A DNA stretch of 64,000 nt from the NCBI RefSeq assembly GCF_009914755.1, contig NC_060936.1. One strand, written 5' to 3'. Within the stretch, counting starts at the first letter, position 1; each line of letters opens with the position of its first letter. Origin of the DNA: the human T2T-CHM13v2.0 reference genome, Homo sapiens. Positions 52,303 to 64,000 of this stretch are shown here, in pieces. The notes beneath the pieces are model-generated. The model searched no databases. It saw nothing but the letters and a program-made list of their open reading frames with translations, and was not told where the DNA came from. A program made the position numbers and the translations under genes.

Positions 52303-54996
52303 AGGGTGGGGCCAAGATGGCTGACTAGAAACAGAAGTGATCAGAGGCTCCCATCAAAAAGAACCATCATTAATGTGTGAATCCTTCATTGGCAACCAAG
52401 GTATCTTCTCATCAGAACTGACTAGGTGGCTAGACTTGATCCACAGAGAGGAAGGAAGAGCAGTGTGGTGCGGCAGCCCGTCTGAGAGCCACACGGGGCA
52501 GGGGAGCCCCCACTCCCCAGCCAAGGGAGGCAGTGAGTGAGTGTGGTACCCAGCGTGGGAAACCGTGCTTTTTTCCATGGGACTGTGCAACCCACGGATT
52601 AGAAGATCCCACTCAGGAACCCACGCCACTGGGACCTAGAATGCCAACCCCAGAGCTGCACAGATTCTCAACAACCTCTCAGCTGGAATCTGCCTAACCC
52701 TGCAGAGCTCCTGCGGGGAGGGGTGACCAGTGCCACAGCTGCTGCTGCCTGCTGCCTAAGCCATTTGAGCTCCTTGGGGGAGGGGCAGCAGCCAGCACTG
52801 GGACTCATAACTGCCTGATAAGCTAAGCTCTCTGTGGGGGAAAGGATGGCATCCATCTCTATAACTCCAGGCCATGCTTTTCCCCTGCTGGAGCCAGGGA
52901 GGCTGGATGGCTTGGTCCCCAAGAGTGGTCCCCCACAGCTCAACACACTGGCTGTGGCAGACTGCAACAAGAGCGCCTCTTCAGGCACTGACATATCCTT
53001 CCTCACTTCCTATATGGTGGGGCTTCCCTACAGGAACTCCAATAACTCCAGCCAGAGACTCAGGGACAGAACCTGGATCTCCCTGGGCCTTATCCCCTAG
53101 TGGGAGGAGTGGCTGCAGTCTCTGCAGACCAGCAGACTTAGCCCAGAATGCCACCCAGCAAGGCACACTCCCTCCACCAAGAGACAGTGAAAATGCTTCA
53201 TTAAATGGGTCCCATTTCCCTTGTCACCCAAATAGGTAAGACCTTCCAACAGGGGTTGTCAGATACCCTATACAGGAGTGATCCTACTGGCATCAGGTTG
53301 GAGCCCCTCCGGGTTAGAGATCCCAGAAGAAGGAGCAGGCACCCATCTTTGCCTTCTCCAGCCTGCTTGAGTGACATCTCCAGGTGCGGGAGCGAACCAG
53401 ATAAATAGGGCCTAAAGTGAACCCCCAGCAAACCACAGCAGCCCTACAGAGGAGGGACCTGACCAGTGAAAGAAAAACAAACAGAAAGCAACAACAACAG
53501 CATCAATAACAAAAGAAGTCCTCACAAAAACCCCATCCAGTGGTCAGCTGCCTCAAAGATCGAAACTAGACAAACTCACAAAGATGAGAAAGAATCAATG
53601 AAAAAATGCTGAAAACCCAAAAGGACAGAGTTTCTCTTCCCCTCCAAATGATTGCAATGACTCTCTGGCAAGGGCATAATTGGGTGAAGGATGAGATGGA
53701 CAAATTGACATAAGTAGGCTTCAGAAGATGGGTAACAAAAAACTCCACTGAGCTCTAGGAGCATGTTCTAACCCAATGCAAAGAAGCTAAGAACCTTGAA
53801 AAAAGGTTACAGGAGCTGATAACTAGAGAGAGTTTAGAGGGGAACATAAATGACCCGATGGAGCTGAAAAACACAGCACAAGAACTTTGTGAAGCATACA
53901 CAAGTATCAGTAGCTGAATTGACCAAGAGGAAGAAAGGATATCAGAGTTTGAAGACCACCTCACTGAAATAAGGCATGCAGACAAGATTAGAGAAAAAAG
54001 AATAAAAAGGAACAAACAAAACCTCCAAGAAATATGGGACTTCATAAAAAGACCAAACCTACAATTGATTGGAGTACCACCTGAAGCAGACGTGAAGAAT
54101 GGAAACAAACTGGAAAACAAACTTCAGGATATTATCCAGGAGAATTTCCCTAACCTAGGAAGACAGGCCAATATGCAAATTCAGAAAATACAGAGAACAC
54201 CACTAAAGTACTCCACAAGAAGATCAACCCCAAGAAACATAATCATCAGATTGTCCAAGGCCAAAATTAAGGAAAAAGTGTTAAGGGCAGCCAGAGAGGA
54301 AGGTCAGGTCACCTGCAAAGAAAAGCCCATCAGACTAACAATGCACCTCTCAGCAGAAACTCCACAAGTCAGAAGAGATTGGGGGCCAGTATTCAACATT
54401 CTTAAAGAAAATAATTTTCAACACAGAATTTTATATCCAGCCAAACTAAGCATCATAAGCGAAAGAGAAATAAAATCCTTTCCAGACAAGCAAATGCTGA
54501 GGGATTTTGTTACCCCCACGCTGGCCTTGCAAGAGCTCCTGAAAGAAGCACTAAATATGCAAAGGAAAAACTGGTACTAGCCACTGCAAAAATACACCAA
54601 AATATAAAGACCAATGACACTATGAAGAAACTGCATCAACTAGTATGCAAAATAACCAGATAGCATCATGATGACAGGATCGAATTCACACATAACAATA
54701 CTAACCTTACATGTAAATGGGCAAAATGCCCCAATTAAAAGACAGACAGGAAATTGGATAAAGACTAAAGACCCATTGGTGTGCTGTATTCAGGAGACCC
54801 ATCTCATGTGCAAAGACCCCCATAGGCTCAAAATAAAGGATGGAGGAAAATTTACCAAGCAAATGGAAAGCAAAAAAAATGCAGGGGTTGCAAACCTCAT
54901 CTCTGACAAAACAGACTTTAAACCAATGAAGATCAAAAAAGACAAGGTCATTAAATAATGATAAAGAGAACAATTCAACAAGAAGAACTAACTGTT

Positions 54997-55303
<307 letters not shown>

Positions 55304-57803
55304 CTATTCTAAATTTATATGCACCCAATACAGAAGCACCCAGATTCATAAAACAAGTTCTTAGAGACCTACAAAGAGACTTAGACTCCCATACAATAAT
55401 AGTGGGAGACTTTAACACTCCACCATCAATATTAGACAGATCAACAAGGCAGAAAATTAACAAGGATATTCAGGACTTGAACTCAGCTCTGGATCAAGTG
55501 GACCTAATAGACATCTACAGAACTCTCCACCCCAAATCAATAGAATATACATTCTCAGTGCTACATGGCACTTATTCTAAAATTGACCACATAATTGGAA
55601 GTAAAACACTCCTCAGCAAATGCAAAAAAACTGAAATGATAACAAACAGTCTCTCAGACTACAGTGCAATCAAATTAGAACTCAGGATTAAGAAACTTAT
55701 TAAAAACCACACAATTACATGGAAATTGAACAACTCGCTCCTGAATGACTCCTGGTTAAATAATGAAATTAAGGCAGAAATAAAGAAGTTCTTTGAAACC
55801 AATGAGAACAAAGAGACAACATACCAGAATCTCTGGGATACAGCTAAAGCAGTGTTAAGAGGGAAATGTATAGCACTAAATTGCCCACATCAGAAAGCTA
55901 GAAAGATCTCAAATTGATACACTAACATCACAATTAAAAGAGCTAGAGAGGCAAGAGCAAACTAATCCAAAAGCTAGCAGGAGACAAGCAATAACTAAGA
56001 TCAGAGCAAAATTGAAGGAGATAGAGACACAAAAACCCTCCAAAACCAGGAACTGTTTTTTTGAAAAAAATAAGAAATACCACTAGCTAGACTAATAAAG
56101 AAGAAAAGAGAGAAGAATCCCATAAAAAATGATAAAGGGGAGATCACCACTGACCTCACAGAAATACAAACTACTAACACCTCTATGCAAATAAACTAGA
56201 AAATCTAGAAGAAATGGATAAATTCCTGGACGCAGACACTCTCCCAAGGCTCAACCAGGAAGAAGTTGAATCCCTGAATAGACCAGTAACAAGTTCTGAA
56301 ATTGAGGCAGTAATTAGTAGCCTACCCACCAAAAAAAGCCCAGGACCAGACAGGTTCACAGCCGAATTCTACCAGAGGTACAAAGAGAAGCTGGTACCAT
56401 TCCTTCTGAAACTATTCCAAACAATAGAAAAAGAGGGACTCCTCCCTAACTCATTTTATGAGGCCAGATCATCCTGATACCAAAACCTAGCAGAGACACA
56501 ACAAAAAATAGAGAATTTCAGGCCAATATTCCTGATGAATATCGATGCGAAAATCCTCAATAAAATACTGGCAAACCGAATACAGCAGCACATCAAAAAG
56601 CTTAGCCACCACAATCAAGTCAGCTTCACACCTGGGATGCAAGGCTGGTTCAACATACATAAATCAATAAATGTAATCCCTCACATAAACGGAACCAAAG
56701 ACAAAAAGCACGTGATTATCTCAATAGATGCAGAAAAGGCCTTCAATAAAATTCAACAGCCCTTCATGCTAAAAACTCTCAATAAACTAGGTGTCGATTG
56801 AACATATCTCAAAATAATAAAAACTATGACAAACCCACAGCCAATATTATATTGAATGGGCAAAAGCTGGAAACATTCCCTTTGAAAACCAGTACAAGAC
56901 AAGGATGCCCTCTCTCACCACTCTTACTCATCATAGTATTGGAAGTTCTGGCCAGGACAATCAGTCAAGAGAAAGAAATAAAGTGTATTCAAATAGGAAG
57001 AGTAGAAGTCAAACTCTCTCTGTTTGCAGATGACATGATTGTATATATAGAAAACTCCATGATCTCAGCCAAAAATTTCCTTAAGCTGACAAGCAACTTC
57101 AGCAAAGTCTCAGGATACAAAATGAATGTGAAAAAATCACAGGCATTCCTTTACATCAACAGTAGACAAGCAGAGAGCCAAATCATGAATTAATTCCCAC
57201 TCACAATCACTACAAAGAGAATAAAATGCCTAGGAATACAGCTAACAAGGGATGTGAAAGACTTCTTCAAGGATAACTACAAACCACTGCTCAAGGAAAT
57301 CAGAGAGGACACAAACAAATGGAAAAACATTCCATCCTCATGGACAGGAAAAATCAATATTGTAAAAATGTTCATACTGCCCAAAGTAATTTATAGATTC
57401 AATGCTATTCCCATCAAACTACCATTGACATTCTTCACAGAATTAGAAAAAGCTACTTTAAATTTCATATGGAATCAAAGAAGACCGCATACAGCCAAGA
57501 CAATCGTAACCAAAAAGAACAAGCTGGAGGCATCATGCTACCTGACTTCAAACTATACTACAAGGCTGCAGTAACCAAAACAGCATGATAATGGTACCAA
57601 AACAGACACATAGACCAATGGAACAGAACAGAGACCTCAGAAATAACACCACACATCTACAACCATCCGATCTTCAGCAAACCTGACAGAAACAAGCAAT
57701 GGGGAAAGGATCTCCTATTCAATAAATGGTGCTGGGAAAACGGGCTAGCCATATGCAGAAAATTGAAACTGGACCGCTTGCTTACGTCTTATACAAAAAT
57801 TAA

Positions 57804-58853
<1,050 letters not shown>

Positions 58854-60008
58854 AAAAATTAACTCAAGATGGATTAAAGACTTAAATGTAAAACCCCAAA
58901 CCATAAAAACCCTAGAAGAAAACCTAGGCAATACCATTCAGGACATAGGCATGGGCAAAGTCTTCATGACAAAAACGCCAAAAGCAATTGCAAGAAAAGC
59001 CAAAACTGACAAATGAGTTCTAATTAAACTAAAGAGCTTCTGCACAGCAAAAGAAACTATCATCAGAGTGAACAGACAATCTACAGAGCGGGAAAAATTT
59101 TTTGCAATCTAGCCATCTGACAGAAATCGAATATCCAGAATTTACAAGCAACTTAAAGAAATTTACAAGAGAAAAAACAACCCCATGAAAAAGTGGGCAA
59201 AGGATATAAACAGAGACTTCTCAAAAGAAGACATACATGCAGCCAACAAACATATGAAGAAAGCTCAACATCACTGATTATTAGAGAAATGCAAATCAAA
59301 ACCGTAATGAGATACCATCTAACACCAGTCAGAATGGCGATTATTTAAAAGTCAAGAAACAATAGATGCTGGTGAGGCTGTGGAGAAATAGGAACACTTT
59401 TACACTGTTCTTGGGAGTGTAAATTACCCCAGCCATTGTGGAAGACAGTGTGGGGATTCCTCAAGTATCTAGAACCAGAAATACCATTTGACCCAGCAAT
59501 CCCATTACTGGGTGTATACCTAAAGGAATATAAAGCATTCTACTGTAAAGACACATGCACACATATGTTTACTGCAGCACTGTTCACAATAGCAAAGTTG
59601 TGGAACCTACTCAAATGCCCATCAATGATAGAGTGGATAAAGAAAATGTGGTACATATCCACTATGGAATATTATACATCCATAAAAAGGAATGAGATTA
59701 TGTCCTATGCAGGGACATGTATGAAGCTGGATACCATCATCCTCAGCAAACTAAGACAGGAACAGAAAACCAAACACTGCATGCCCTCACTCATAAGCAG
59801 GAATTGAACAATGAGAACCTATGGACACAGGGATGGAAACAACACACAATAGGCCTGTTGGGGAGTAGGAGGGTGAGGGGATGGAAGTTAGAGGACAGGT
59901 CAATAGGAGCAGCAAACCACCATGGCACACGTATACCTATGTAACAAACCTGCACATCTGCACATGTATCCCAAAACTTAAATACATAAATAAAAGAGAA
60001 TGATAAGA

Positions 60009-60930
60009 GAAGCCACACATTAGGAGAAAAAAGTTTTCAAAAAATATGGCTAGTAAAGGACATCTATATCTTGCCTCTAGAATACATAAAGAACACTCAA
60101 AACTCAGTGAATCCAAAAATCTTATTGAGCATAAGATATGAACAGACATTTCACAAGAGAAGATATACAGATGGCAAACAGCACACAAGATGATTTTAAA
60201 TATTATTCATTAAAAAATGAGAATTAAACACGATGAGATATCACAACACACCCATGAGAGTGGCTAAAATTTAAAAGACTGACCATACCATGTGGAGGAC
60301 CTTGAACTCTCATATGCTGCTGATGGAAATGTAAAATTGTACAACCACTTAAGAAAACAGTGTGGCAGTTTTTCAAAAAGTTAAATGTTCATCTACTATA
60401 TGATCTAGTGGAATCACTTCTAGGTATTTGCTAAGAAAGTTAAAGCATATATTGATGCAAAGTTTTGTATATGGATGTTCATAACAGCTTAATTTGTAAT
60501 AGCCCCCAAACTATAAAGGACCCAAATGTCTATCATCAGGAGAATAGATAAACAAATTATTACATGTGATGGAATACTACTCAGCAATAAAAAGAAATGA
60601 GCTACTGATATTTGCAACAACATGAATGAATCTCAAATTATGTTGAGTGATGAAAAAGAGTAAATGTTATATGATTCCATTTATATAAAACTCTGGAAAT
60701 TTCAAACTAATTGATAGTGACAGAAAGCAGATCAGTGTTTGCCCTGGAGATAGCACGGGGAAGGGTGGCAGATTAGAATGTGGCATGATAAAACTTTGGA
60801 GGCAATGGATATGTTTAGATTCTTAGTCGTACTGATGGTCTTATGAGTATATACTTATGTCGAAACATCTAATTAAACAACTTATGCTGTCTATTGTATG
60901 ATTGTTATACCTCAGTAAAGCTGTTTTTAA
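60009..60930 (+). mobile_element. Old L1M right part (ORF2 end and 3'UTR)
   Basis: Resumes the host L1M after the TSD; ends ttatacctcagtaaagctgtttttaaaaa. Confidence 0.8.
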
Positions 60931-61089
60931 AAAGATCTGCGCATCCCTTCCCATTTTATGGATGAGGAAATTGAGTCCTGAGGACAAGAGAACTTTTCCA
61001 AAGTCATACCACTAGTCCAATGCAGAGGCATTAGGTTTGTCCATAATGAAGCTTCTGAATGAAAATAGAAGAGCTCCTGGTGTAATTCC

Positions 61090-61400
61090 AGGGAGCTGAA
61101 GGCCATTATCCTAGGTGAATTAATGCAGTAATAGAAAAACCAAACACCACATGTTCTCACTTATAAGTGGGAGTTAAACATTGAGTACACATGGACAAAG
61201 AAGGGAACAGGAGACACTGGGGCCTACTTGAGGGTGGAGGGTGAGAGGAGGATGAGGATTGGAAAACTACCTGTCAGTACTATGCTCATTACCTGGGTGA
61301 CATAATAATTACACCAAATCCCCCAACACACAATTTACCCATGTCACAAACCTGCACGTGTACTCCCTGAACCTAAAATAAAAGTTAGAAGGAAAAAAAT
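61090..61400 (+). mobile_element. L1PA15/16-like 3'UTR fragment
   Basis: atgttctcacttataagtgggag...gaacctaaaataaaagttagaagg + A tail. Confidence 0.8.
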
Positions 61401-61409
61401 GTTAAAAGT

Positions 61410-62285
61410 TAAAATGGGCAGAGAAACTGAATAGACATTTTTCCATATAAAACACACAAATGGCCAACAGGTATATGAAAAGGTGCTCAATATCACTAAT
61501 CATCAGAGATATGCAAATCAAAACCACGGTGAAGTATCATCTCACACCCGTTAGAATGGCTCTTATCAAAAAGTGGTAAGTGTTGGCAAGTGTGTGGAGA
61601 AAAGGAAACACTTGTGCGCTGTTAGTAGGAATGTAAATTGGTTCAGCTGTGATGAAAAACAATATAGAGGTTCTTTAAAAAATAAAAAATGAACTACCGT
61701 ATGATACAGCAATCCTACTTTTGGGTACATATCCCAAGGAATTGAAATCAGTATCTTGAAGAGATATCTGCACGTCCATGTTCATTGCAGCATTATTTAC
61801 AATAGCCAAGATATGAAAACAACCCAAGTGTCCCCTGATGGAAGAATGGATAAAGGAATTGTGGTACATATATACAATGGAATATTGTTCAACCATAAAA
61901 AAGAAGAAAATCCTGCCATTTGCAACATGGATGAACTTGGAAGGCATCATGCTAGGTGAAATAAACCAGACACAGAAAGACAAATACTGCATGATCTCAC
62001 TTATGTGTAGAATCTTAAAAAGCCAAACTCTTAGAAACAGAGAGTAGAATAGTGGTTGCCAGGCCCTGGGGATGGGGAACATGGGGAGGTGTTGATCAAA
62101 GAGTATAAAGTTTCATTTATAAAATGAATGAGTTCTGGGGATCTAATGTACAGCATGGGTGGAGATAGATGTGTTAATTAATGTGATTGTGGTAATCATT
62201 ACATAATGTATATGCATATCAAGTCATCACATTATAAACTTTGAATAGATTCGATCTTTATTTGACGGTCAAATATTTTAATTTT
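61410..62285 (+). mobile_element. L1MA/MB-like 3' ~0.9 kb
   Basis: caaatggccaacaggtatatgaaaagg...gatctaatgtacagcatgg. Confidence 0.8.
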
Positions 62286-62473
62286 TTTAGTGAATTTCCC
62301 AGCCCTTGATCCCAATTTCACGGCAGCAGAGCTTTTTTTCTAACTCTTGGTGCCCCTAAGAGGGTTGATAGCCTAGATTGTTTCCTCCAAAAAGCACCAC
62401 ACTTATATTTGTTTTGAACATTGTGAGTATTCAAACTCTGTATTAATTCAAATGGACTTATTTGCTGTTTTAG

Positions 62474-62529
62474 GTCTGAATCGTTTGCTTACCAATGGCT
62501 CCTATGAAGCTGCGTTTCCCCTGCATGAG
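62474..62529 (+). CDS. ANO4: ANO4 internal coding exon, 56 nt, phase 1-0, (G)LNRLLTNGSYEAAFPLHE
   Basis: Acceptor tttgctgttttag; donor gtattg at 62530. Contains the conserved anoctamin Y.AAFPLH(D/E) motif. Confidence 0.96.
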
Positions 62530-64000
62530 GTATTGTGCTGTCTTTAATCTTTATCTTTCTTTCAATCGTTTGTTACTAAAGTCAGCTTCTAGAGATAGTC
62601 AATAATTGAATTTGTTGACATTTGCTCAGAATGAATTTAATTTGTTCAATGGGTAATTAGGGAGGGTCTACTTCAATTGTTATATCTCTTCCTCAGCATA
62701 GACTTATTTCTATATATCTTTTCATGTAATTGCGAGAATACTTAAATCAATAGTCATGCAGCATGAATTCATAGGAATGGCTTAGAGACTTTAAGTCTTA
62801 AAATTAAAAAGGCATTGACAATTTGCATGAGGCACCAAATCCACAAGAAGAATGTTCTTGAAATATATAGTCTTTGCAACAAATAAATGTATAGCTATTG
62901 CTTAAAAGAGTGGGAGGAAGCCATCTTGAAAAGTCTCTGGTAACCAACGGGTGACAAATAAAAATTAATAATGTTGTACTCATCATTGTTCACCTAAGAT
63001 GTATAAATACTGTGACTCTATTTCCTACATAGTCTCCATCATATAAATTACTTTCGCAAGTGTAACTGATTACCCCAGCTCTACTTTCCACAGAATTATT
63101 TAATCCAGAATTCCCCTACACCTGGGTTTTTAGGAACATAATCCCTCATGATTATTGAGAAATTATTGTCATTTTCATGGTGTGGCACCCCTACTGTGGT
63201 CACTATATGGCACAGAGAATACAAAGATAAATGTCATAGCCTCTGTCCTCTGGGACCTCACAAAGTAGCCAATGTGCAGCAACTGTTAGCTGATGTTCAG
63301 TACAGCCTGTTGGAAACAATGGTAATAATTTGTCAATAGACTTTGGAAGACGGTTCCAACTCTCCGTAAATGGCAAGTCTTTCCAAAACATACTTTTTTT
63401 TGGCTTACAGTGGTACTTCTCTTAATTTTAAACACTAAGAGGGTGCAAAAGATGAGGTAGATTTTTCAGAACTTTATTTATTAAGAAAACCAGAAGCTGC
63501 CATCTGAAACTCTGTTTAGACTGCCAGGAAATGTGTTTGGAATGCTCCATTTACTATGACAGAAGCAAACATTTTGACACAAAGGTTTGCTAGAGCCATA
63601 TGCAGGTGTTTCTGAACTCTAAAGACATACTGTTCCCCAAAACATCATGTGGCTTCATCATGTCATTGTTAGTTGGCATTGCCCAGAAAAGGGTTTTGTG
63701 AGAACTGCATCCTCCCTGCTCTCAGCCCCAGCTCATGGTATGGGCTGTGTCTGATATGGTAAGTGGCAGAAGCGTCTGTGCAGGGGAGTGGGTGGGTGGG
63801 CATGGGAGTGTCTGAGGAGATGCAGCTACAAAGCCCCACAGAGTGACTCATGCCTTTCACAATGACTTTCCTATCTCAGTAAAGCCCTGTATTCTATGAG
63901 AAGTTCCAAATTGGTAATAGCAGCAGCAATCATTGCATCATTGCTTTTCTGACTTTTTACTCTCAGTTTAACTTGATTATATTATTTAACCTCAGAGGCA

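Overview
Primate (human-like) genomic DNA from inside ANO4 (anoctamin-4/TMEM16D), + strand. Four internal coding exons (215-259, 12890-13021, 45401-45507, 62474-62529) splice in frame through canonical AG/GT sites to give ...[113 protein letters not shown]..., part of the cytosolic N-terminal region. The rest is intron filled with interspersed repeats: Alu, L1, L2, L3, MIR, MaLR/ERVL LTRs and hAT DNA transposons. Nearly all ORF-track entries are spurious or decayed L1. I see no new multi-gene system. The most unusual structures are: (i) a ~700-bp fold-back of two MLT2D LTR 5' ends in inverted orientation, bounded by TG...CA and one 5-bp TSD; (ii) an Alu with a twin-priming-type 5' inversion, plus two tiny inverted L1 insertions; (iii) a three-level, same-orientation L1 nest inside a ~12-kb sense L1 block just before an exon; (iv) a (GGAT)n repeat with a higher-order unit carrying AGGTCA; (v) a sense MLT2A solo LTR with a splice donor. 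Gene identity and repeat subfamily names come from recalled sequences, not a database search. Repeat boundaries are approximate unless a TSD is quoted.
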